54,171 nt of DNA from Chromera velia. Lineage: Eukaryota. The stretch covers positions 1-54,171 of the forward strand of contig JAHBMJ010000206.1 in the NCBI GenBank assembly GCA_018398765.1, given 5' to 3'. The translations under genes and the position numbers were made by a program. Of this stretch, positions 37,001 to 50,175 are shown piece after piece. The stretch's first letter is position 1, and each line of letters starts with the position of its first letter. The notes under the pieces were generated by a model, which saw nothing but the letters and a program-made list of their open reading frames with translations, did not search any database and was not told the DNA's origin.

Positions 37001-40000
37001 AAGGAAAAGGATGAACAAAAAGCGAAGGAAAAGAAGACAAAGACAGACACCCAGAGACACATCCCGGTTAGAATCCCAGACGATCTCTCAGTACTTTCTG
37101 TATCCGATTCCTCTGACCTGACTGCCTGTATCGGTACTGCAAAAAAAAAAGGGGGACGGTTACAGAGGAAACCTAGAGACCAGGAAGAGTCGGAGGAAGA
37201 AGAGTCCGAGGGGGAATCTGAGCATCAAAACAGAACTCGGGGGCAAAAGCAAAAGGGGGGGGTCTCAGGGAGAGGGCCCGGAGAATCCAAGAGAACGCCC
37301 AACAGAGAAGGGGAGAGACTCAGTCGGCACGCAGGCCAAGAAGAGGGAGGTCGGGGATCATGCAGAAGAAAAGAGAAAGAGAAGAAGGAGGATTTGCCTT
37401 CTGTTTGCGAGAGGCGTTTGACTGCTCTTGAGGCCAGAGAGGTGGAGTTGGAGGAGGGGGAATCGAGAATCAAGGCCAAGGAGAGAAGGTTGGACAGACT
37501 CTCAGATCAGATGGAAGAGGCACAGCAGAGAGCTGCAGAAAGAGAGAGAAAGGTAAGCTGTCTGGACTTCTTCTTCTGAAGGGCTCAGACAGGGCACAGC
37601 AGAGCGCCTTCTCTTGTATGTGCATCTTTTCAGAATGTCTTTTGTCCTCTCTTTCTCCTTTCTTGACCTTGATCATGCTTTCAAAAGACCCGGCCACCTT
37701 CCGATTTTTCCGCCCCATACATGCAGCCCTCTCTTCATCATGCCATCCATCTTCATATTTTCTCTTCGTACGGGATTGCGTCCAAAGAAGTATTCTAGCT
37801 CTAGTTCTGCAACATACGACTTTGTTCTCTGTTTTGTTTCTCTTAGTGCGAGGAGCTGGAGAGGGCTCTGCGTGCTCAGGCGGACTCCTCAGTGATGGAA
37901 ATGAACCGGGTGGTCAGGGAGGCGGCTGCCAAGGAGGGGGCAGTGGCGAATGAGCTACTTTCTCTTCAGCAGACAGTCGAGGACGCGAGGACAGAAATGG
38001 AGTATGAGCGTCGTTCCCACAAGGAGGAGATGGAGAAGGTCAAAAGAGAGGCGGCAGCTGAGATTGCCAGAGAGAAGAAGCTGTTGATTGAGAGAGAGGC
38101 AGAATTGGAGTCTCGATTGAGGGATTCGGAAATGGAGAAAGAGAAAGCCGTGAAGGAGAGAGAGCGCTTTTTAGCAGAAGTTTCGGTTCTTTCAGGAGAA
38201 CAACAGCGAAACTGCGATGACCTCTCCAGGGAGCACGAGCTCCTGGCCTTCGAAAGCAAGAGACTTGCAGAGGCCCGGGAGGAGATTTTGAGAATTCGCA
38301 GTGACGCTCTAAGTGCGTCTGTGGAGGAGTCTGCATCACTCGAAAGAAAGAGAGAGCAGCTAGAGGCCGACACAGTTGTTCTCCGACGTTTACAGGAGGA
38401 GGCGTCAGTGGAAGCGTTGAGGAGACGGGAGAGGGACGAGCGAGAACACGAGGAGGCGAGGGCAGAGAATAGGGAGGCATTCGAGACACAGATGATTTGC
38501 ATAGGAGAGGAGAGAACGGAGTTGGACGAGCGAAGGGCTCTTCTGGCAGCAGCGGCCGAGGAGGAGAGGATGGAGCTCGAGAAGGAAAAGGGGAGGTTCC
38601 AGAGACAGATGGAACTCATTCTACAGCAGGTAGGGAGAAACAGAAGGAGGAAGAAAATGTTGACGCAAAGCAGTTGGATAGATGCACTGCATGGGAGCAT
38701 GGAAATCACACCAATAAGACACCCCTTTCTTTCTTTTTCTCTTTCTCCTCCCCCTTTTTTCTCCTTTTTATTCAACAGAATCTATGATGGATGGATGGAT
38801 GGATAAGACCAAACAGGAGAGAATGGAACTCGCATCGATTGATTCGGTTCGAAGATCATCCATGCGAAAAAACAAAAAAAGGGGCTCACTCCATGTCCCT
38901 TAATGAATGTACGTGATGCACTTGAATGGATGGACGGATGCATGCAGCTGGAAGAAGAGAGGGGAAAACTGAGCGAGGAGATCGGGAAAGTCGCAGCAGA
39001 GGCACAAGACCAAAACCTCAAAATTGCACAGGCGTGGCGAGACGTCAATAGGGAAAGGGTGCGGTGGGAGGAACAGCAACAGTCCGAGCTCACGATTTGG
39101 AGAGAGGCTGCCGAGCTAATGGAGAAAGAGCGTGAGGAGCTCCGTGCACGGAGCGCACAGTTGAAAGAGAAGGAGAAAGGTCTCGAACAGAGATTCAAAT
39201 CAATCGAAGTGGACCTCCAGGAAAGAGAGAGGGTGATGAAGGTCGAAAAGGCAAAGCTGGAAGATCAGAATCGATCTTTGCAAAATGCTACGAGAGAGTG
39301 GGAGGAAAAGAAGAGAGCTGAGGAGGAGACGTTGGAGATTCTCAAATCTTCTACAGAAAAGGATGTTTTCGAACAGAGACATGCCCTGGCCTCACAGAAG
39401 TCTCTCCTTCAAGAGCAGAGACAGAGGGACGAAGAGACTCTCAAGCAGAGAAGAAAAGAGTTGGAGGCAGGGGCAGCGAAGGCTCTCCAGGAGGCGCAAA
39501 GACAGGTTGCTTCTTCCCTCCAGAATTTGAAGGACAGAGAAGCAGATTTACAGTCGAGAACCGAGAGGGCGGAGAGAGATTTCAGAGAGGCAGCAGAAAG
39601 GAATGTCGCTTCTCTTGCGGCAGTTGAGGAAGAGAAAGGTGGGGTTCGGTCTTTGATGCTCTCTCTCCACGAGGAGCAGCAAACAATCAAGACCCAACAG
39701 GCGGCAGTCAGAGAGGAGACGGCACTGAATGATAGAGAGCGGAAGAAAGTGGAGGGGTTGCGGGAGGAGTTGAGAAAGCAGAAAGTGGAATTGGAGGAAG
39801 AGAAGAAGGCTCTGGGTGAAGAAAAAGAGGATTTTAAGAGCCAACGTGATCGCATGAGGGAGACATTCGAGCGTGTGCAGACCGACAGAAAACAGGTAGA
39901 CGAGGACAGAGAGACTCTGAATGTGCAGAGATTGAAGTTAGAATCCGATTTAGCTCGGTTGGAAGGCAGTCTCTCGATTGTGAACGAAGAGAGACAGGCA

Positions 40001-43000
40001 CTGGTTGAAAAGAAGCTCGCCATAGAATCGCAGCAGGCAATGGAGACAGAAGCAGTCGAGGCAAGGGAGGATGCGGTGGAGGAGGCAACCATTGAAGCCT
40101 TCAAACAGATTCAGGAGGCTCGGGATTTGTTGGAGCAGGATGCAAGTAGTGCTCAAGAGGGGGTGAAGGCACAGGCGTGTGCTCTTCAAAAGCGGGCGGA
40201 GGAATTGGCAGAGGCCGCACGGCATTTTGAGAAAAGAGCTGCAGCAGTGTCAGAATACGAGACAGACATTCGAAAGAGAGAGGGCGAGCTTGAAAAAGCG
40301 AAATTGAGGCATCAAGAGGAGATTGGGGAAGCAGCTGTATTGCTGGCAGAAGCTCGCACAGGTCTTTTGGAGCAAGCACGGGCTTTCTTCCAACAGACTT
40401 GCCGTCTTCAGATGTTTAAGAAATCAAGAAGAAAAGGACAAGAGATTTCCGAAAGGAGAAAAGGACGACGCGAGCCTTCCCCCCCCAGTAAAGCCAAAAG
40501 AATTCCAGGCTCTTCTTCCTTTCCCTTTCCCCCCCTGCCAGTTGAAGACCTGTCCCTCCAAAGGCATTCCTCCTTCTCGGACGGGGGCGAAGGCAGTTCG
40601 GAGGTCCGAGATCTTCCCCGAGGGAGAATTCGGCGTGTGCCTCGCTGGTTCTCTTCAAGTGAAACCGACACAGAGAGTGGGGGCACAGAGGACCCCTTTG
40701 AGTCTGGGTGTCCCCTTCAGAGTTCAGAGTCCCTTTCTACCTCTGCACCCAATGAAGGTCCCCCCTTTGACAGTCACTCCCTCTCCGTCTCTGTGCCTAG
40801 ACAGCAGCAGACTGAAAGAGAAAGAGAATTTAGGAAAAAAACATCATCATTTGAGGTGTTGGAGGACGAAGCTCCTCTGGGTGTGTGGAAGGAGCCTGAG
40901 GGGGGGGAGGGGAGGCTTGCCCGAGAGATGAAGGCTTTCCGAGTAGCAAGAGGCCGTCTCTCTGGAGAAGCAACAGCAGTGGAGAGAGGACTGCGAGAGG
41001 CTGAATCGAGGGTGGGGATTGGGGTTGATGTCAGACAGATGAAACAGCTTTTGCACAAACTTGCTGAGGCTCTGGTAAGGGAGAGAGAGACTTTGGTGGA
41101 GCTCGAATCTCAAAAAGGAGTCTTGAAGGAAGAGAGGGACGGGTTGGAGAGGCAGGTGGGGCAGATTAGAGAGACCTTGGTAGCCGCCCAAAATGAAGCA
41201 AAAAGAATTGCACACAGCAGAGAAGAGAGGACGAAAAGAAGAGGCTCTGCTCTGTCTCCCGGGAGATCTAGAGAGGACCCCGCGGACCGCCCTTCCTCCT
41301 CCCCTTCTCCCCGACGAACCGATGGGGGCACAGTCACAGTACCACGATTTTGTCTGGCGAGAGATGGTGAAGAGAGAACCATAGAAGTCGAGCTCAGTCG
41401 TTTGAGAGAGGACAGAAAGAGCCTGGAGAGAGAGACGGGAGGGGCAAGAGAGACACTCCAGAGACTGAACACTGAGGCCGAGACATGCATTGAGTCTCTC
41501 AGGCAGAAGAGAGCAGAGGTGAAGAGCAGGCGAGAGACTCGAGAAGAAATTGAAAGTGTTAGAGGCCAGATTGAGGCTGTCAGGGGCACTCTTGCAAACG
41601 TCCGGGGTGACCTTGAGCGTTTGGCTTCTGAAAAAGACGGCAAATTGAGGGAACTGAAAGAATTAAAGTCGTCCATCAACAGCGCTACCAAGAAGCTCGG
41701 AGCACTACGGACTGCCCTGTCCCACGAGGAGACCCTGAGAGCAATCCGCGCAGAGGCGCACGTCTCCTTTGCTCGTGTACCGTCCCCTCCCCCTTCCCGT
41801 ACCCAGACTCCGAGTAGGTCGGTGGACAGACAGAGGGGGGACATTGGGGGGGACGGAGCAACAGAGGCAGAAGCGTGTGCATGGATCCCGGGCATACCAT
41901 CTGATGCAGACTCGTCGTTCCTCTCTCAGAGACTGCCGGGACCCCTGGTGCCCATGCGGTCCCTCATTGCAGCTGTGTGCAAAGTTCTGCAAAAAGAATT
42001 GAGCGACGACGGGGAGGCAGAGGAAATAGAAGAGGCACAAGACATGCTTGCAGTGTTCAAAGAGGAAGTCCGCGGACTGTGTGGGCAACCAGAAGGGAGA
42101 GAAAGGGGAAGAGGTGCCTTCGAATCGCGGGACACAAGACCTACCTCAGCCCCCCTTCCGAAGCCGAACAGACAAGCTCCTTCCTCCGAGCTGCACTTTT
42201 CACTCTCTGCCCTGGACGCCTCCCTCTCTCTGTCCCTCTACGCCTCTGTATTGGAAATACGAGAAAGAGAGCTCGAGGAGGCGGGGCGAGAGGTAGGCAG
42301 GAGGGCCTCCGATTTGCAGACGGCCCTTCTTAAGAGCCCAGAGGAGGGAGTAGACGGGGGGGACCTGGAGAGAGAGATGGAAACTCTCGCGCGTAGAGCT
42401 CTCTCTCTAAGGGAAGCAAGGACGCGAGTTGGGGAGGAAAGGCGTGTGATTGAGGAGGCAAGAAAGGGAGGGAAACAGAAAGGGTCAGCATGCGAAATGG
42501 AGAGGTTTGCAGAGGCAGTCAGCAGGAGGATGCAAGAGCTGCAAAAAGATGGGGGAGGACGGTCGGCATTGTGTGAGTGGATGCATAAACACATGTCTTC
42601 TTTATTGAAGGAGACGAATTCTCTTTGCGCTTTCCGGGATACTCTCACGAAGAGGGAAGAGGCCTTGCAGAGAGACTTGCAGGAGGTAGCAGAGGAGAGA
42701 GAGGAGTTGAAAGAATTGAAGGATCTTCTCGAGGCAGAGGGAGTCAGGTTGGCCAATGTGTCGGTAGAGTTGAGGAGAGATGGAGGAGGGTCTGTTGTCG
42801 AGAGCCTCAACCAAGCGCGGGAGGCTCTTGTAAAGAAGCAGAAGGATCTAGAGATTCAGCGTTCCGATCTGTGCGCCCAGAAACAATCGCTCCAAACTCG
42901 TGAGAAAGAGCTGAGAGAGTTGAACGATCAGACAGAAGAAGCAAGAAAGACTCTTGAAGGGGAAAGAAATGAATTTCAAATCGCAAGAACGACACTTGAG

Positions 43001-46000
43001 GGAGAGAGACATGAATTTGAAATTGCGAAGAGTTCTCTTTTCCCTCATCCCCCCCACGAAAGTATGAGTCCAGCCCCTCCCGTCACTTCCCATTCCGTCC
43101 ATCAATTCGTACCTCCCGAAGGACAACGTCTAGTTCTCCGCACCTCTGCGTCTCCCCCTTCGCACCCCCAATCGGTCCCTCACCCAAGCCTACCCCAACC
43201 CCAGTCTCCAATTCCCCGACCTTCTAATTGGAACTCCAACAGCTTCCCCCTGCCCCCAGGAGGAATAACCACAAATGACCACCACCAATCCTCCTCTCCC
43301 GTCTGCCCACCCCTTCCTCAGGATCCATCACGGTTTCTTCAGTCCACCTCTGAGTCGGCAGAACCTCAGGGAGAGAGGCGCGCCTCTCCACATCAGCCAG
43401 GAGAGCGTAATGACAGACAAGAACAAAACCTCCTTCCTCTCTCGTCACCTCTACAGCAGCAACAACAGGTCGGCATGGATGAAGCGCTAGAACACGTCCA
43501 GGCGTATGAGAGGTCTGCCGAGCTAAGCAGAGAACTGGAGGCAGTTCAGACTCGTCTGTCGGTGGTTGAAACAGAATTCTCCGCTCTCCGTGCAGAGCGT
43601 CAAGAAGCCGAAAGAGAGGGGCAGGTGCTCTCCTCTCTACTCTCGAGGCTGTCCCTCGGCATTCAGGCGTTGCACACCATCTCCAAGGGGACAGACAGCG
43701 AGATGGAAATAGAGGCTGCAGGAGAAAGAAGCCCTCCCCTGACGGTGGTTGTCCATCCCGACCCTCAAGAGCACGAAGAAGGAACGCGATCCCCCTGTTC
43801 CCTCAAGAGACTCTCGGCCGATGCCAGTGTCTGTCTAGAGACGCTGGACTCCCTTCTCAGAAACACCCGCGACAGACCAAATGTCCCTCCATCTCCATCT
43901 CTACCCAAAATGATGGATCATGACGCCCCTGTCGCCTCAACGCAAAACCAGAGTCCTGCTATTGACCAGGGGTCCAAGGAGACAGCTGCCCTCAGGTCCT
44001 GCATCTCCGCTCTGGAAGCGGAGGCCCAGACGCTCAGGGAAGAACGCAGAGAGGCCGCCAGAGACGGCAGAGAACTTGCGGTTCTGCTGGAGAGGCTTGC
44101 TTGTCAGGTCACGGCTCTTCAGGCCGCACATGCACAGAGTGAGCAGAGAGAGGCCGAGCTATCCATGTGCCTCAGGAGGGTCACAGAGGAGAGAGCTGTT
44201 GCTAGCGCAGCTCCTCCTCAGGCTTCTCAGGAGTCCGTTCAAGAGAATGCAGAGCTTCAGGAAACTTTGCGCAGACTCCTTGAGCAGGTGAGTGACGGCA
44301 TTGCGACTTTGTCTGAGAGAAGAGAGAAGGAGAGAGAGGCCTCGACCGCTCTGGAGGTCGAGAGAAGAGAAGTGGAGCGGTTGAGGGAGGAGGTCGCTGA
44401 GAACAAGAGGAAGTTTGCTAGCGTTGAAGAGAGATCTGCCCAGCTTCACAGGAGTAGACAGAGTTTGTGGGCGCATTTCAGCGTACTACTCCGGAAGGTG
44501 GAGGGTATCCGCAGTGAGATGTTCGTCATGAGGGACAAGACAGCGTCTCTTCTGAGGAGTTTCGGGGAGTGTATGGAGAGAATTCACAGCACAGCAGTGC
44601 CCTCCCTCACAAGAAGGTCAGCAATCTCTCTGGGTTTCTCTGGTCTCTGCTTATGAGTGGACTTGCGTGCTTGTACGCGTATTCGTGAGGTCTTCCTTTT
44701 CCCCCCTTTCTTTCCCTGTTTCCGCGGTTCATCTGCTGATCTGTGGGGGGCTTCTGATACGCCCCCTTCTCTGCTTGATATCTCTTCTTCTCAACTGTGC
44801 AATAAATCCACATATCTTAAATGTGCGTGTCTCAGCATGTCAACATCCTGCATGCATGTGTTTGCATGACGCACGCAGGTACGAGGCCGACATGGGGGGA
44901 ATGCAGAAAGCTCTGGAGGTGCTGAAGAAGGAGGCGTCGCAGAGCAGAAATGCCCATGGAGAGGCCGAGACGCATGCAAAGAAGCTGAAAGCAGATATGG
45001 AAGCGTCGTCAGCAGAAAAGAGAAAACTGGAAGAGGTAAGTATGAGTGAAAAGGCAAAAGGTGGTCCTCAGAAAAACGAAACGCACAGGGAATGAGGGAG
45101 CCCAAAAACCAACGAATGCAGGCCCAGGGAAGGAAGGAAAGAAGGAAGGAAGGAAGGAAGGAAGGGAGGGAGGGAGGGAAGGAGGGAAGGAGGGAAGGAC
45201 AAACGGACAGCAAAGGACTGACTGTAAGTTTTTTGCAATTCCGAGCGAATCAGGGTGCAACCAGGTCTCTTCTCTCCGTCTTTTCTGTTTGCTCTGCTTT
45301 CTCCTTGTCCTTTTTCCTATTTTTTTCCATTTTTTGCTATTTTCTCCTTGTCCTTCCGTTTTTTCCTTATTTTCTGATCATTTCACTTACTGCAGATGAG
45401 GAGAGTGTCTTTCAAGCATGGTTGATCATTCTCTTTCAAGATTGTCTTTCAGTTTCTTTCCGCGTATCCAGACAGATCCCCCGGACTGAATTCCACATTT
45501 CCTCTTCCTGAATGAGTCCGTGTGCGCAGGCCCTGTCGGCATCCAAGTCGGAGAAGGAGGCCCTGGAGACGGAGACGAGAGCTGTTCTGGAGTCTCACCA
45601 GAGACTGAGAAGATCAATGCAGGCCAAACTGCAGGAAATGGGCATCGATGTGTCTGCAGCATGGAAGAAGGCAAACGCTTCAACAGAGACACCTGGGGAC
45701 GCGCTGCAGGTCAGCTGTGAGAAACGGGAGGGGAGACGAACATCCTTTGGGCCCATCTTGAAACGATCGAGCAAGTCTCTTGAGAGACAGACAGACAGAC
45801 ACATTCGAGTTGCACTACCCTCCCTCCCCGATCATCCCTTGGACGCAGTTTCCAATCCGCAGGGTGCTTTTACTTGCGACACCTCAAAGGGTCGCGGTCG
45901 TGCCTTTCTCTTTCCTGTCTTTGTTTAATGGATCGAAGTTTTCCTTCTGGTACCCCTGGCTTCCCTCAAGCTCAGGTTGCCACAGTAAGTTTTCTTACTT

Positions 46001-47294
46001 TGCTCAATACACACCCACCCTGGCCCCGTCCCTCATTTCCCCCCCCATGCAGGGCCAAGCGAAAACTTCTCTCCAGCACGAGAAGTTGAAAGAACAAGTG
46101 ACTGCAGAGGAAGCCGAGCTGCCCACATACGCGGACGCGATGTCCAAGAAACCTCCGGAACACGCCAACTGGAGGGAGGCCGCTGAGGACGTCGAAGGCG
46201 ACCCTGAGATGAGGGCAGTGAAAGCAGTGAAGGAGGCGTTGGAGGCCAAAGCAGAGAGGGACGAGCTGAAGATCCAGGTGGAGCTCTCTCAGGAGAGGCT
46301 GAAGGAAGTCATGAAGGAGGTGCACTCAGTCTTCTTGGTCAGTCAACCCGCAGGCAGACTGATTTGATTTTACTGATGTTTGCGTTGGTCACGAAGAATT
46401 AAATGGAATAGTAGAGAGACGTAAAAGGCTTGGCAAACAATGAACAGCGTCCGGAATGAACACAGAAGAGGGGGAAGATCTCGCGAGGAACGCCAGCGCA
46501 CAGACGTAGAAGGAAAAATCTGACGGAGGTCTTGTGGAAACCATCTCTATGGATCTCTCGTCTCTGTCTGCATTTTTTCTCGGTAGGGTCAATGTGCTTC
46601 ACTCTCTGCATTTCGACTGTTTGTTTCGGAGCAGTCAATTCATGCATGTCCCTTTTTGAACATGCATCGAAATCCTGCCTGCAGGACAATCGACGACTGT
46701 CCAACTGCGACGAGGAGGCGCGGACCTTCAAGAGCGCCCTGGTGGAGATGAGGGACTTCTGTATTGCTCAGAACAATCACCTGAGACAGACATTCGACCT
46801 CCAACTGCACTCATCTTTCTCAATCTCTGAGGAAGAGAAGGAGAAAGAGGGAAACAGGGACACGCCACTGAGCAAGACAGGAAGTCAATTCCGCTCTCCT
46901 GTGAAGGTCTTCGGACCTCTCCCCAAAGAAATGCCCCAACATCTGGCCGATCTGGCAGATAGAGCTCGTGCAGAGCTCCAGGAGGGTGTCGTTGCACTGA
47001 GTGCACAAATGCCTTTCGGGACCTCCCAAGAGACCCAGGGGACTGTCTCGGTACGCACATGGACTGTGCCTTCATGTTCTTTTCAACAAGCACAGCAGCA
47101 GCAGCAGCAGGAGCCTTCTTCTTCTTCTTCTTATGGACCCGCAGTTCCTCTGTCTGGAAGGAAGCGGGGCACTGTGGCAGCATTTCCTCCTCCTTCTCCA
47201 GCTCCCTTTCCCCTTCTGGGCCCAGACGGGGAGGTGGAGACGACTGTGGACTTTACAAGGGGCCTCTTGCAAAAGGTGGGATGGACTGTGAACT

Positions 47295-47353
<59 letters not shown>

Positions 47354-48114
47354 ATGCGTGAAGGCCTCCACTTGAGAGTTTGGTTTGACAGTGGCAAGGC
47401 AGTGGGCCTGGGTGCATGGGTTCTTCCCTCACGCTTATATATTCCTCCGTGCTTGTGTTTTCTTTCTGTTCTCGTCCTACCACCGTGTCCGTTGCAGGTT
47501 GTCTCCTTGAGTTCCCAGGAAAAAAGAATGGCGGCACTGCATCGCATCTGTCTGAAGTCAGTCGATCAATGTAGATACTGTCCAACATTCACGTCCATCC
47601 ATATGTTGACAATCGAAACATAAGAAGAGAGAAATGACGAAACAATTGTAGTGATACAAACATGATGTTGATGATCAGGAAAAGGCCCCTCCATACTGTT
47701 GCATCTGCCAGAAGACATTCGCGGTGTCATCGTGGAAAAAATCATGCCGGCTCTCTCTCACGCTCCCGTCCCGAAAATTCAAGGACTACTTGTCTTGCTT
47801 TGAGTGCGGTGATTGACGATGTAGCTTGCATGGTGGACAAGGTGTTAAAATGAGGCATTTCCCTCGTCCCTTCACTCTCTGTGTTTTCATTGCGTTTACG
47901 AAACTTTGCGCACCCCCTTTTTCCTCCCACCTACTTGTTCATACACTCAGGTTGAGCGAACGAGTCGACATTCTGACGGCTGCCCTTTCCGTCGAAGGTC
48001 AGTCTTGATGATGACGCGTGAAGGTCTGTATGCGCGTGCACGCGCGGTGGTCGGAGCATCTCTCTCTCTCTCTCCCTCTCTGTCTGTCTCTCTGTCTCTC
48101 TGTCTCTCTCTCTG

Positions 48115-48162
<48 letters not shown>

Positions 48163-48865
48163 TGTGTCTTTTCGCTTGCACAGAGATGGAGGCAATCCTT
48201 CCTTGATGGCTGAGTTGCTCAATCTATAGACACCTCGAAGACAGAAAAAAAGACGTAACTTGAATGCATGAATGAATGAATGAATGAATGAATCAATGAA
48301 TGAATGAATGAATGAATAAATGGCGAAGCGGGCTCCTGTCCATGTCCATGCAAGTCTTTTCCACGGATCCAGCTCTGAAGCGAGAGACTGTAGGACTTGA
48401 ACGCAACGAAAAGGACAGATGAGTGTCTATAACTTGAAGCTGCAAAAGAGAATCAGTTGGATACTTGGGGATTTCCTGTCTCTTTTCTTACTAATTCTAA
48501 CTGCACACGTTTTCTTTATCCCTCCCCGTCTGCTTGCAGATCCATCAAGGTGCCTCGAGAGTTCTGGAGAGAGACAAGATGACGCGACCCAGATGCTCTC
48601 TGTCTCTGTCTCCTCGGCAAAGAGAGAAATGGTTCTCCAGTCTGTACAGTCTCACGACAAAGACGGGGAGACCTCCGCTGTCCCCCTCAGTGCCAGGGGA
48701 CAGGACCCCGCCCTGCTGCGGGTTGTCGATCTGGCGTGCGGCTTCCGAGCTAAGTGGAAGGAGACGGCTTGGCTTTTGAAGGCCGAGAAAAAACGCAGGC
48801 AGGAGCTTCAAGAAAGACTAGAAAGAGAAATGGGAGGAAGAGGACAATTAATGAGGCATAACTAG
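34051..48865 (+). CDS. Giant (~3700 aa) coiled-coil protein with a basic Ser/Pro/Thr-rich head (myosin-tail/trichohyalin-like composition; cytoskeletal or centrosomal candidate)
   Basis: Exons 34051-36206, 36682-37552, 37847-38629, 38948-44616, 44879-45035, 45530-45709, 46053-46319, 46685-47275, 47498-47556, 47951-47997 and 48540-48865; all GT-AG and phase-consistent (11106 nt). Sequence is E/R/K/L/A-rich with heptad character. An assembly gap in intron 1 could hide exons. Confidence 0.85.
36294..36532. other. Assembly gap (N run) within intron 1 of the coiled-coil gene
   Basis: 239 Ns flanked by G runs. Confidence 0.99.
48059..48317. repeat. (CT)n/(GT)n and (GAAT)n microsatellites in the last intron of the coiled-coil gene
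   Basis: Visible directly at 48059-48167 and ~48266-48317. Confidence 0.9.
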
Positions 48866-49482
48866 CAGCTGCCGATGACTTAATAACAAAAACACATGTG
48901 TAAGTAAATTACTTAGTATGATGACGTATATTTGTTGCATATCTGGAAAAAAGCTGTATATACATTTAGAATTAGAGTATGTTTTTTTTTATTACTGATT
49001 TATACTGCCGAAAACTGTAACTGAAAATCGTTTAATTAATTTGGAATTTTGAATTCTATTAATACTGTTATCAGTTCTGTTATTGTTTTTGATCCCTGAC
49101 CGGAAGGTCCGGAACAGGACGAGATTTTTTTTCATGTAAATAAATTTTAACATACATTGTCTTTGTTCAGCTAGCCTTTAAATTTGTTACCTTTTGTCTA
49201 GGACAAGATTTTTGTGCAAGGAATCAGCCGATTTATCTTATTGCATTTTTTTTTTTTTTTTTTAAAGACAATTTTGAATTGTAGTTTGCATATATGTATG
49301 CCTTGCCGAGGCTTACCTTAATGAATTAGGAGTTGAATTGGGCGTTAAAAATTTGGATTCCAAAATTCTAATGCCAGATTTTCAAAATAAAAGAAGTATA
49401 AAGAGTTAGAACTTGAAATTTTGCTGTTTATAGTACGCCGTTTAGTTGAACACCACTCTTTTTAAACAATGATCGTGGCTAG

Positions 49483-49643
49483 GATTGAAGGTTTTGTTAT
49501 GTATGCCGCGTTCCTATATGTCCCTACATATGAGGAGCGGATCTAGCCTAGTTTGTCCGAAGGTTCCACTTTTTCCTGTTAGTCTCAATTCTAGGAGCAA
49601 GCTTATTGATCACTTTCAATGCGCAGCTTATCACTTGTCGCTT
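49483..49643 (+). repeat. ~160-bp sequence with an inverted copy at 50671-50826 and a partial direct copy at 50071-50132
   Basis: 35-bp perfect inverted core caagcttattgatcactttcaatgcgcagcttatc (49598-49632 vs 50686-50720). cggatctagcctag is shared by all three copies. Confidence 0.9.
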
Positions 49644-50175
49644 GAACGATAAGATAGAAAAACTAAGGGGAGAAAATTTTATTATTATTTAATCAGAGGT
49701 AGCGCAAAACTTTGATAATCTCTTTCTCCCTTGGTAAAGGCTATCCTTTGTGAAGAGAGAAAAACCTTTATCAGGGAAGGACTCAACTCATCTACCCTCT
49801 TTCTGCTCGACTTAGTGCTTAACCTCCTTCTCTACCTAAAAGCCCCTAAGCGTTTATTTCCTTTCCCCCTAATTCACCTTTCTTTCCGTTTTTTCTTTTC
49901 CTTCAATCAGTCAATCAATCTTTGCATATACCCAGAAAAAGCCATTCACTCTTCTTAAACTCTTTTTCTTTTAGGGGAACAAGCTATATAGGAATAAAAA
50001 ATTAGGGGCTCCCAATTATTTTTTGGGTATTAACTCCCAGTTTTTAAATTTTCACTAATTTTCACACAAGATGATTGAGGGTTTTGTTGTGTATGCCATG
50101 TTCCCGTATATAAGGAGCGGATCTAGCCTAGCACAAATCCTAGGTTTTTTTCTATTTTTTTTATAAATCCCAAAA

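Noticed and set aside
37966..42810. Long Ser/Leu/Phe-rich minus-strand ORFs
   Set aside because: Antisense shadows of the GA-rich coiled-coil exons.
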